From Mytilus californianus (lineage: Eukaryota), in assembly GCF_021869535.1 (NCBI RefSeq), contig NW_026262593.1:6138001-6202000 (forward strand): a stretch of DNA of 64,000 bases, in the 5' to 3' direction. Below, piece after piece: positions 33,707 through 45,550 of the stretch (positions are counted from its first letter, which is position 1; each line of letters starts with the position of its first letter). A program made the translations under genes and the position numbers. Below the pieces are notes generated by a model. It saw nothing but the letters and a program-made list of their open reading frames with translations. It was not told the origin of the DNA and did no database searches.

Positions 33707-35101
33707 TCGAGGCCAAAATATTTGAACAATCCAAAACTTATTAAAAAATGAGGAGCTTATAAACAAAACAAAAGCAAAATGTAAAGCCAATGTCGGGCAA
33801 GGAATCAGAGCTTTTCATGAGGGAGATATGTTCCTTTATTTGAAATAATTTCCAAAATTTTGTAACAGCAAATTGTGATAACTCAATATCCGTATTTTCA
33901 TGCCAGTACCGACGTACTGGCTATTGGGTTGGTGATATCCTCGGGGACTAACAGTCCACCAACAGAGGTATCGACCCAGTGGTAGTTATAACATTAACGG
34001 TACACATTTTTCCGCACAAGATGTGCATTCAGACAATAAATGTTTCTCCAGTAATGCTAGAGACCAACTTATTTGAAAATTAAAAACTTGAAGAGCTAAT
34101 AAACCAAAAAGTACAAATGTATAGCAAAAGCAGGACAAGGAGCTTTTCATGAGGGAGATATGTTCCTTAATTTTAAATAATTTCCAAAATTTTGTAACAG
34201 TAAATTTTGACACAATATCGGTATTTCATGCCAGTACCGAAGTACTGCTATTGGTCTGGTGATACCCTCAGAGACTAACAGTCCACCAGCAGAGGTATCG
34301 ACCCATTGGTAGTAATAACATTAAGAGTACCATTTTATCTGCACCAGATGCGCATTTCGACAATGAATTTTTCTTCGGCGTTTATTGTAATCGAAAGTAG
34401 TTATTAGAATTAAACACATTGTTTTTAGATGTTATTGATGTCTAAAATGCATTGCTGATTCACAAACTTTTATTCAACCTTTTATTCAACCTTATGATTA
34501 AAACATGAATTTAACAATGAAATGTTAAGATCAAACGTGCCGAGATTTTTACCTAAACATATGAATTTAAAAAGTTAGTATCAGTTTCATGGTTGAAAGC
34601 ATTTCTTACAAAAACTCATATTCTTGGTTTCATGCTTCGGAAATTTATTTTTCGATTCGAATTTGATTTTCTTCAGAATTCCTATTCTACGGAATGATGA
34701 CACAATTACCGGACAATCTACGAGCTCAATGGATGCATTTCGACATATTCATCTTAACATGTTGACAATAGTTTGTAGCTTTAGATGCCGGGGCATTTTT
34801 CAATATATTTTATTAGTTTAAATGAAATTTACTCTAAATAATGCATCGACCCAGGCAACGGTTTGTAGACTCCTATGGTTGAATAAAATAACGAACATAA
34901 CATTAGCTAACTACATCATGTACCTCTTTGATAATGCTTTCTATCATTCAGCTGTCATGGAATTGTGTGACAGAAAAAAAAACTGATGTATTATATTTCA
35001 CCAAATGACTACTGTCATGCAATCTGACCGTTTAAATAATACCAATCGTCAGAAGTGCTGCAACGGAAAATTTCTTTGTGAAATAAGCCGAAAACTTCAA
35101 C

Positions 35102-36221
35102 ATGATGGTCTTATTGTTTATTCCTGTTCTGCTTCTTTGTGGACAAATGGTTGCTGTCAAAGGAGACTGTAATCAAAAACTTGGTAAGGATATCTATACA
35201 AAATATATTTTGTACATGAGTAATCGTTCACATCATTTTAAAAATCGTTATTGTTCATTTTAAGCAATGTGAGTGTAATTTTATATGTACGAGTCGATTT
35301 ATTTCTAAATGTACGATGTCATTAATTCTAAATGTACGCCTTCATTTTTCTAAATATACCTATTTGCTCTTTAATTGTAGAGAATGGCCTATTTGATGAC
35401 CTTATTCAGATGATGCTGAAAATCAGGGGACCTGGTAAGTTAAAACTGGGACTTAATGTTAAGTTTTTGGTTATTATAGTTATCTGAACAAATCAACTAT
35501 TTTAAGTTAATTAAAGTCTCATTTAACCGAATATTAATGAAGAATTGCTCTATGTAAAATTGTATGGATGTGGTTTTATTTTCTATTCTTAATTTAATTT
35601 AGATTACAGTGTACCAGCAACAAATGCATGTATATATTTTCTTTATCATATTGTATCTTAAGAGTAGGAAATTATTAATAATAATGGTATTTGCTTCCTT
35701 TCCAGCAAGATGTTTTCAGTATTTGTACTTTGACGTTATTATGTCATCAAATGAATTTTATGTTTTGTAAATCAGTCAAATTTTTTATTTTTATAGTGAA
35801 TTCAGGTCGTGACCATTTACCCAAGGGAAAAGACTTTCCTGCTTTTACAGCATACAGAGCATCTAGACAATCATTGTCTGTGAATACTGTTGTCAAGTTC
35901 GATAAAGTTTGGACAAATAATGGAAACGGATACAACCCCAGTAGCGGTGTTTTTACAGCACCAATGGCAGGACTGTATCATTTTGCAGCAGTGGTAATGT
36001 CTACGGATGGAAAAACCTTGTTTGTAAGGCTCTTTAACAACAACGCTAAGATAACATCAAGCTATATCACTAGTACGGGATACAAGACGGGAACGTTTGA
36101 TGTGGTGTTGACGTTGGAGAAAGGAGACAAGGTATCCATTAAATCCGGTCATAACAGTCAGACCATTTACAGTGACAGCGATAACTACTGTACCTTTTCA
36201 GGAAACCTAATTGCCCTGTGA
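35102..36221 (+). CDS. Secreted globular-head C1q-domain-containing protein (C1qDC), 186 aa; exons 35102-35183, 35381-35434, 35797-36221
   Basis: Hydrophobic signal peptide MMVLLFIPVLLLCGQMVAVKG; phase-1 GT-AG introns (ttg|gtaagg, ctg|gtaagt); gC1q motifs PAFTA, VKFDKVWTNNGNGYNPSSGVFTAPMAGLYHF, VVLTLEKGDKVSI, TFSGNLI; no collagen repeat; total 561 nt. Confidence 0.93.
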
Positions 36222-36223
36222 AT

Positions 36224-36229
36224 AATAAA
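36224..36229 (+). promoter_or_regulatory. Candidate polyadenylation signal of the C1qDC gene
   Basis: AATAAA 3 nt after the TGA stop; common by chance in AT-rich DNA. Confidence 0.4.
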
Positions 36230-37688
36230 ATGATGATACTACACTTTGTTTTATTAGTAAATATAAGGAAATTGCATTGTATGATCGGTTATATCACATA
36301 GGATAACACAAAAGTTGCTATGAAACATTACATATTGAACCTTTGTTTCCGATTTGTTTGCATCCTCACCTTTTCGTCACATAGTTTCATTGAATTTTTT
36401 CCATCTGTACCGGAAAAGGCGAAAATGAAGTGTAATATTCCCTATGGAGTCCGTAAGGACTGTTCGGAATTGTATTGAGAAGGGTGTAACAGAAACGTTT
36501 ATAATAAGTAAATGCACTTCTGTAGACATTACACCTCATTTTTCATAGAGATCATTCATCCTTGCCCCTTTAAGTCAAAGCTGAAATCTATAATCTAAAA
36601 ATAAAAGGGAATACAGTTACATTGATATTATTATATCTCATTAATAACATAATTCCACTTCCTTTATCATTATCAATAACTTTTTTAACAATATATGAAG
36701 TTTATGAGAAATTATTAGTCGCATGGTTACAATTGGCTGGTCTATCTCCTTTCACTTTATAAATGGTATGATTGTCAATGAGACAACTCTCCACCAGAGA
36801 CCAAAATGACGTAGAAGCCCCTTTTGTTAAGCTAACTTGCATACTTTCGTAATTAGATCATATTGGGAAGAACCAGTTGTCTTTCGACCTTTCCCTGAAA
36901 AGCCCTTTTAATTTTGTCTTTATCATTAAATCTTTTCACCCTTTAAGTAAACAGATCATTATTCTTCTGATTATTTTTCTCCTTCTCCTGTCACTTTCAA
37001 GAACTACCTTCTCGTAATTTTTGATTTCTCAAGATATCAAAACGATACTTGGTACATGATATCGTACCTATATTACGGGTTTGAAATTTCTTTTGTTGTG
37101 AAACATGTTGATGAGATATTTGGTGTATGACATCGAACAGTGATTATAGTTTAAAACTCAGGGTGTTCAACCGAACAATTGTCATTGTAAAATTTTGTGA
37201 TTTTACCTTTTATCTCCCCTAACACTGTTTTTCTTGAAAACGTATCTCCACCGTAAACAAAAAAGATATCGACAACCTTATTTTTTTAATTGTTCGTTTT
37301 ATCTTCAGGATGTTTTGTACAATTCTGACATCTTTAAGGTGTTATTCTTCTTCCGTATTGTTACTGGTGAACCTCTAATACATAGGAACTTTTGTTTTAA
37401 AATCCTTGGGCCATTACTTGAAAATTAAGTTCAAGTTCAAAGATCAAGGTCATGTTCTAAATTAAAATCTTGGGTTATTGATATTCCGATATGGTACATT
37501 TGTTCGGAAGCGATTTTTTGGCTTCTAAGAGGTTAATGCCCTTTAAGAATTTAAATTAATGAATAATTAATTATAGCTTAATATTATACATACATGGTTT
37601 ATTTATTTTTTTACATATTACCTTGATGAAGGTGAACCGGAAATGTCTTTGTCCAAACCAGAAGTAGTATTTGTACTGATTTCAGAAG

Positions 37689-40502
37689 TAATACAACCAT
37701 TGTTTAACCCTATAAGTCTTTGTAGAATTGGCATTTTTTTTTTTTAAATGTGCAGAATTTATCTTTGTTTCAAATAAAGGAATACTTGGCATGAGTAAAG
37801 TTTTATCATATCCAGTACTACAGTGAAAATTTCACAACACACTTCATAGCATACAAGTTAATGACCATCACCGGAAGTAAACCAATCAAATTGTTACCCC
37901 TTTTTTCCCTGTCTTCAAGCTTTAGTAACCATGTCACCTCAAGTTTCAAATATATTTAGTAGAAACATCAAATAAAAAAAGATATGTGCTATGAAACACC
38001 CAAGATATATGTTTATGACTCTTTGAAGGAAATGCAGGGTTAATTTCCTACAACAGTCAAATTCAAGGGAGTTTTATTTTCGACTCTTTCTCGTATTAAA
38101 CCGGATGTAACGTACTTTGGTTTGGTGATATTACACCTAAAGAAGACGTTTTTGTTGCATAAACTTAATATGATTGGTTATCTCAAGTATTACTGTCAAG
38201 TTTTGTTATAATCAGTTCAAAAGTTTGAGAGAAATTAAGCATAGTGTAAGACGACATCCACAGCGATTTGAGCAAAATTTCTTCAAAAAATCCAAATCAC
38301 GCCGCATCCTGATAGAGCATAGTGTAAACCAATAAATTCACCAATAAATGATCAAATATTCATCTCATCAGCATAAAAAACAGTTGAATATGATGCAAAA
38401 GATGACTCTAAGATGATAAACACCACTAATGTAGCTCTTTGTCTTTATTATAAAATCACTATTGGTCTATTTATACCTCTTATTCCCTCAAAATTTTAAC
38501 TTTTTCGGCTTATAAATCAAAATTGTGTGGTAACTATCACACATTTATGTACTACATGTGATAATAAATGAGTAATTGAAGTGTGCAATCTGAATGAACT
38601 ATCCAAATAAAAGTTTACTGACTGCTTGGAGGTTTCAATAAGTCCTTACGTCAAACGTAAGTTTAAACTGTGTTCCATAGAGGAACATATATTGGTTCCC
38701 TTTTAGTAAATAATTTGTTTTTCCTGCTTCTAAAATCATTTAATTTACTTATTACTGTATATTTTTTTAAAGATTTATTGAGGAAAAAGTGTTCTTTTAT
38801 AGTCCAATATATTAAATAAGGGGAAAAGTTCAATAAAGATCCCTAAAACACGGAGTATGGCTTGCTCTGCCTACTAGTACTCATGTTAGAGCCCTAATTC
38901 AAGGTAATTTTCCTCAAATGTGTTTTTTAGACTCAATCCACTCATTATATTTCATTTCTGCAATACTCCAGTCAAAAAGCTTGAAATTAAACAAAAATGA
39001 GAGTACATACAGGGTCAAAAGTGCATTTGCATCTTCCCTAAATAGGAGTAATTATATATATAATGGGCCTTTTTCAAAAAATTTCCATTTTTGACAACTG
39101 GAAAATGGAAAAAAAATGTTGAGAAATAAGTGATTTAATTGTACATGTCAATACTTTAACATCAGTATAAACTAAATACAAAATATGCAACCTTAAACTG
39201 AACGGTAAGTTTGACATCAACTTTGTAAAAGTGAACATGGTGTACCAAGATGTCCCCTTTGAAACGATTTTTTAAAGGCTCTACCATGCTAAAAAAATAG
39301 AGTTTAAAGATATTTTTTCTTCAAGAATCTGACAAAATAAAACAAAATAAATGATTTTATACCGTTTAACTATTTGATTTGAAATTTTAACTACTAGAAA
39401 ATATTACAAGCCGTTTTTTTAAATATTCACAAATGTCCACTCCATAACGATATATGTCTCCTATGAAACGATCTGTGTCCACTTCGCAACGGGTTGTGTC
39501 CATTTGCAATGAAATGTTGCGTAGTGGACCGTTGCGCAGTGGACGTATTCAAATGTTAGCAGCCATTGTTACACGCGGTTTCTCAGATACATGTTTTTAT
39601 GGTAATTGTCTTAGATAATACATTTTATTTCATTAACTCCACGTCTTTCATGATTTGAGGTCAACATTTCTCAAAGAAAGACGTTGCAAAGTGGACAAGT
39701 AAAAAAGTACGCTATCAATAGGACTTGCCAATTGATTCAATGCAGACGATCTATATCATCAGCATCCATAGATGACCGACAATTTACTAAATTAAGTTGT
39801 ATTAGTGGCAAGTAAAAGGAAAGACTACAATTTAGATAAACAAATGATTATAATTTTGCCAATTGTTTGTTGTCGTTGCGAAGTGGACATTTTTTCATGG
39901 ACGCCACTTTAAAAGTTACTAGCACACATCTATTTGAACTTATCTACATATTTGAATACTTTTTGCAATGTTCAGATGTAGCTCTATGAAAAAATATCGA
40001 AAAAGGCACAAAAAAGAATGGTAAATTGTATGAAATTTTGAAAATTTGAATGAAATTTCAAATCTGTACAGAGCGTTTTTGCTGTTTTTGAGCCCTTTAG
40101 TCTGATATTTTCAGAGAGTCCTTACCACAAAGCAGACAAAAAGATTTTACGTTGTCTTTAATAAGTACAATTTATATACTGAAACAAAAAAAACAAAAAA
40201 ATATATTTGATTTTACCTCAATTTAAGCCTTGGACAGAGAAAGTTGACATTTTTTGAAAAACGCCCTAATACCACAATTGTTTTTCTCCTATTAGATTTG
40301 TTTAATTGGCATTTTTTTTAAATGTGTAGAATTTATCTTTGTTTCAAATAAAGTTAGGAATATTTGGCATGAGAAAAGTTTTATCTGCAATGAAATGCGG
40401 GGTTCATTTCATACAACAGTAAAATTCAAGGGAATATTATTTTTCGACCCTATCTCGTATGAAACCGGATGTGACGTACTATGTTTTGGTGGTATTACAC
40501 CT
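37689..40502 (+). repeat. Diverged duplicated block: 37689-37803 plus 38028-38141 resembles 40267-40502
   Basis: Shared aattggcatttt...gaatttatctttgtttcaaataaag and aaattcaaggga...aaaccggatgt.acgtact segments. Confidence 0.6.
39065..40266. mobile_element. Non-autonomous TIR element with 4-bp TSD (Sola-like, tentative)
   Basis: TIR gggcctttttcaaaaaatttcca versus gggcgtttttcaaaaaatgtcaa (20/23); TAAT on both sides. Confidence 0.65.
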
Positions 40503-43474
40503 TCAAGGAAAAGTGTCAAGAAACAATATATATGTTCGGAATAAGCGTAAAGTTAGTAATATTATAACACTGGAATAGACATCATAATAGACAATCTATC
40601 AACCGGCAGTTGCAAATGTTATTCCATATTTCAAGTGAAAATTACTTTTTTTCTTATTTCATGAACAAGTACTTCAATTTGTTTATTTTGGAAAAATACT
40701 TCCTGTCTCTGGAAGTAACTTTTAAACCTGAAGTTATTGTTAAGATTCATTTTCTTATAAACAAATTAAAATTAACGATGATAAGACCTTCAGTTGTTCT
40801 TTGAAATATTTTTTTGTATTTTCCACCATTTATCAAAACCTCTTCAGGTTGCACTTTGTAAATACAGCTGATTTACAAACCACGCCTTTTTTTGGGAGAT
40901 AAATAATATTCATAGATATTTTGTTTTGTTTACCTACTGGTTCCCAGATATGATCTCTATGTTGCATCTAACAGAGACACAGCTTGAGAGTTTTACCAAT
41001 ATTAATACACATTGATAGCGGCCAAATTGAATTCTGAAGAAGACCCAAAGTGAAGGAAGAGATAGTAAAGAATTTTAGTATAAGGTTATACTTTTAGAAG
41101 TTCGAGGCATATAAATGTTCAAAATATGCCGCACAGCCCTACATTTTTACCTTTGAAAAAAATAGTAGTGCATATGAACTTTCCATTCTAGGTTATATAT
41201 TTTTTACGACACTTCATATTTTACCCGTAAAAGGTTACTATGGGAAATTGCATTGTCTATATTTACAGAAGTGCAACCTTCAATGTTATGACCCTGCTAG
41301 ACCGAACTATTTTTCATTTTGGAGAACCTTGTTGTGGGCTAACACAGAAACCGTTATGCGTAGAGACGGAAACCGCACGCGGTTTCTGATTGTCGCCATC
41401 GGATTATTTCTTAGATTTGAAAACATTCTATGCGTTTTTGCGTGGAAAGAAGCCAGACAACCAGGTATGCACAATAAGCAATTGATATGTGTTTTCCATC
41501 AAAATTATCCATATCCCCCAAATAGAAATGAAAAAGAAAATTGTAAAATTGTGTCAAAGAATCCCCTAATCTGTGAAATATTTTTGATGTCTTTTATGTA
41601 TTTTATGAAGCAGAAGATGTGGAATGATAGCTAATGAGACAAAAAATCAACCAGAGACCAAAGGAGAATTTAAACACGGTACGGCATTCACAATGAGCAA
41701 AGCCCATACTGTATTTTAACCTTTGAAAGGCCCCAGCATGACAAAATCTGATTTAATTCAACAGAAAAGCAACGGTGTGAATGTTTTCAAAAAATAGACA
41801 CAAGTAAATAAGATAGACAGACATAACCAACTTGGTTTGGGACAGGTACATTACGAATATGACGGGCTTAAACATGTTTGTAAGCACTCAATACTGCTCC
41901 TACCCTTGGACAGTGGTAAAATACACTTGGACAGTGGTAAAATACACAGCTTACCTCGTCAGATCGACATGAAACATACCGAAAAAAAACTAACAAATAG
42001 ACAAAAAAAAAACACAAAGTATTGATCTTGGAGTACTCACAGTTACTGAAAGCTAGTTCAAAGCCAATTTCAACAAACGAGTAAACGAATTTTCCTCAGA
42101 CTGAAATATAAATCAATATATATCCAACGAATTTGGTGTAAAGGCGTCATAAAAAGTCTGAGAAAAATATGACCTTGTATAATACAAAATAATAAGAATC
42201 GACTATATGGAGGACCATACGTTTTCACAACTGTTATTAAGTAATTCAAATCTCACAAATCAATTAAGAAGGCATATCAAAGTTACACACACGCTACCTG
42301 AGGGAACCGCATTATCTCCAATAAGAGCAATAATGGGTGCATTAACAGGGTAAAGGTCTCCTGCTATGTATGCATCAACCGCCATGCGAATTCACACTCA
42401 GTCAAAATGTTACAATCGGGAATAGGACACAATCGGTAAAATAACAGATAAGACAAATATACTGGTATCTAAAGATTTAAGACTGCGTAACCATGTTGCT
42501 AGTGAGTTGAAACACGGTCATATCGTATCGGTCAATCAGTTTGCTATGATAACTGTAAAACTTATGTAATGTTAAGGTCAGTCGTTCTTTCTTCATGACT
42601 CTATTGCCGCAGTGTTTGTGTAAGGACATGTATTCAAACAATTTGGTTGTGTTTAGATTTATCAAAATAAAAATCCATGTTAATAGTACCAATAAACACA
42701 ATATTCAAATGCCCTTCTGCGGTTTTAAATTGATAACCTATAGGAATAAATTTATTCAAAGAATTTATAAGTGCACATGTATCGTAATTAAATATCAAGC
42801 GGCATGTTGTAGTCGTCTAGAGGACAGTGGTCATATTATAATGACGAGCATAAGGCCCAACATTAACATAATTAGTGTTATTAAGTTTGATAGTAGTGTC
42901 GAAGGTAAAACGAAAAGAACAATTCAAATTTTTGACCCAATCGAAGAATTGAACTCATCTCAATGCAATCAATGGTTCGAATCCTAAAATGTAAACAAAA
43001 ATAACAATAGCCTGTCCAAATTGCAAGAGAGTATTTCATTTAGTCAATACACTTATATTCCATAGCAACAGACTAAAATGTACTTAGATAAACAGCAACG
43101 AATCATTATAAGCTTGCTACAGAAATATTCTACTGTCCCAAGCGGGTGAGATGTGAGATAGTAGGGTGCCCAAAAGGAAAACTTTGCAATAGACAAACCA
43201 CAAATAGATCTAGTAGTATTAAAAAATACGCCAAGGATTGTTACATTCTGCAAATGTTTACAGAAGGAGATGCCTCTGAGTTTGACTCGGTTTTGATATA
43301 GTCATTCTTATAAATTAACAGTTTACAAAATTTTGATTTTGTTCAAAATACTAAGGATTTCTACCCCAGGAATAGATAACCTTTGCTGTATTTTGCAAAA
43401 CCTTTTTGGATATTGTGTCCCCAACGCTCATCAACTTCGTAATTTATTTGGCCCGTATAACTTTTTTGACTCGA

Positions 43475-43518
43475 GCGTCACTGATGAGTCTTTTGTAGAC
43501 GAAACGCGCATCTAGCGT
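43475..43518 (+). ncRNA. Type I hammerhead motif, probably impaired, in a solo retrozyme-family unit (about 43335-43560)
   Basis: GCGUCA CUGAUGA GUC UUUUGUA GAC GAAA C GCGC AUC UAGCGU; helix III C-A and helix I C-A mismatches. Confidence 0.6.
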
Positions 43519-43930
43519 ACACAATTTTAATCCTTGTATTTATGATGAGTTTATTTAGTTGGTCGGTGAATCCAACAAGTGACAATTTGTCAAATGATAT
43601 TTGTGAAAATTATCCTGTTAACCAGGTTGGTATTAACAGAACACTGCAGTTACTAATTGAAAGAGTCAATAGATTGAAGAATATTGTAAAATTATATGAA
43701 AAGAAATTAAAAGCAAAAAATGCAGAACTTGAAAATGTTATTGACGACAATAAACGTCAATTTGAGTAATAAAAGGCGGAAATTATCCCCAAATTCGAAT
43801 TGGAAATCAAGATCATGAGCTGGTTAGCGTTGGACGTGGGTGAGATTAATTTTATCGCACATAGTAGTAAAATGAAGGAAATCCAATCAAAAATCAAACA
43901 AAACCATAATACAATCACATCTCTGCAAAA

Positions 43931-45279
43931 AACAACATCGTTTTTGTGTGTAAATATCATTACATAAACTGCTTGATAAATGAATTAGGTATTGACAATT
44001 CACTTGGAAACTCAACATATACCCTCACGACACTTACAAAAGAAGAAATCCTGGATAATCATAGGTCTGTTCTATGTTCCTTTGGAATTTCTACCAAAGA
44101 TGAAGAACTGGATCTTCCATCACTGTATTGGATACCTAAACTACATAAGTGTCCTTACAAACAACGGTATATTGCTGGGTCTTCCAAGTGCTCCACGAAA
44201 CCTCTTTCTAAATTATTAACATCTATTTTATCAGCAATCAAAGCGGGGCTCCAAAGTTATTGTGAAACTGCCTATTCTAGAGGTGGCGTGAATCAGATGT
44301 GGATACTAAAAAATTCCAAAGATCTTTTAGAGTACATACAATCTAAGACTCTCTCATCTTGCAATAGTATTAAAACATTTGACTTTTCTACACTTTACAC
44401 AAGTATTCCCCATTCCAAACTAAAAGACAAATTGAAAGAGTTGGTTTTACTTTGTTTCATTAAAAAGAATGGCGAACGTAGATACAAGTATCTTGTCTTG
44501 GGGAGGGATAAATCCTACTTTGTAAGCAATCACTCTGATTCAAACAAAAAATTATCTGAAACTGACATTATCAAGATGCTTGATTTCTTGATTGACAACA
44601 TATTTGTTACGGTTGGAGGACGTGTTTTTCAACAGACTGTCGGAATTCCAATGGGAACCAATTGTGCCCCTCTTCTTGCCGACTTGTTTCTTTATTATTA
44701 TGAGGCTGACTTCATACAGGAACTTCTTAGGAAGAAAGATAAGAAGTTAGCAATATCCTTTAACTCTACGTTCCGCTATATAGATGATGTTCTTTACTAA
44801 ATAATACAAAATTTGGTGACTATGTTGAACGAATCTATCCCATCGAACTAGAGATAAAGGATACTACAGATACAGTTAAGTCTGCCTCATATCTTGACTT
44901 ACATCTAGAAATTGACAATGAGGGTCGGTTGAAAACAAAACTTTACGACAAAAGAGATGATTTCAGCTTCCCAATTGTGAACTTTCCATTTCTATGTAGC
45001 AACATTCCAGCAGCGCCTGCATACGGAGTATATATCTCCCAATTGATACGATATTCCCGGGCTTGTGTTTCCTATCATGATTTCCTTGATAGAGGATTGC
45101 TGCTCACAAGGAAGCTATTAAGGCAAGAGTTCCAAATGGTGAAGTTGAGATCATCCCTTCGTAAATTTTACGGACGCCATCACGAGTTGGTTGACCGTTA
45201 TGGAATAACCGTTTCACAGATGAGACGGATATGTTCCTTATGTCGTAACTACAATACCCTTCCCTTTTCACGAATGTGA
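43931..45279 (+). pseudogene. Frameshifted PLE reverse transcriptase (track ORFs 43946-44800 and 44929-45279 are one ORF)
   Basis: After YIDDVL the sequence ctt ta cta aat aat continues open in the next frame (LNNTKFGDYVERIYPIELEIKDTTD...), consistent with a 1-bp deletion at about 44796. Confidence 0.85.
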
Positions 45280-45550
45280 CTTACCGAATTAGACTATTTA
45301 CCGGATTTGTAATAACATAAGCAACACGACGGGTGCCACATGTGGAGCAGGATCTGCTTACCCTTCCGGAGCACCTGAGATCACCCCCAGTTTTTGGTGG
45401 GGTTCGTGTTGCTTAGTCTTTAGTTTTCTATGTTGTGTCATCTGTACTATCATTTGTCTGTTTGTCTTTTTATTTTTGGCCATGGCGTTGTCATTTTGTT
45501 TTCGATCTATGAGTTTGACTGTCACTCTGGTATCTTTCGTCCCTCTTTTA
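43931..45550 (+). mobile_element. Penelope-like retroelement (PLE), 5'-truncated, with C-terminal RT and 3' UTR
   Basis: NNIVFVCK, LYWIPKLHK, RYIAGS, TFDFSTLYTSIPH, QQTVGIPMGTNCAPLLADL, FRYIDD, YLDL, LYDKRDDF; no GIY-YIG after the RT; 3' UTR ends CCCTCTTTTA at 45550. Confidence 0.88.

Larger units (their letters stand above)
32185..34378 (-). mobile_element. Tandem array of about 7 hammerhead-bearing units (293-354 bp), non-LTR retrozyme-like
   Basis: Motif gatgcgcatttcgacaat...cttcagtgat recurs with GCGC at 32381, 32674, 33025, 33318, 33672, 34023 (degenerate) and 34350; spacings 293, 351, 293, 354, 351, 327. Confidence 0.85.

Noticed and set aside
32817-34213. Minus-strand ORFs of 63-108 aa
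   Set aside because: Chance frames within the hammerhead repeat units, duplicated with the array.
44790-45279. Selenocysteine read-through of the PLE ORF, as reported for some clam and spider Naiads
   Set aside because: The break is a TAA produced by a 1-bp deletion; there is no in-frame TGA within the RT.
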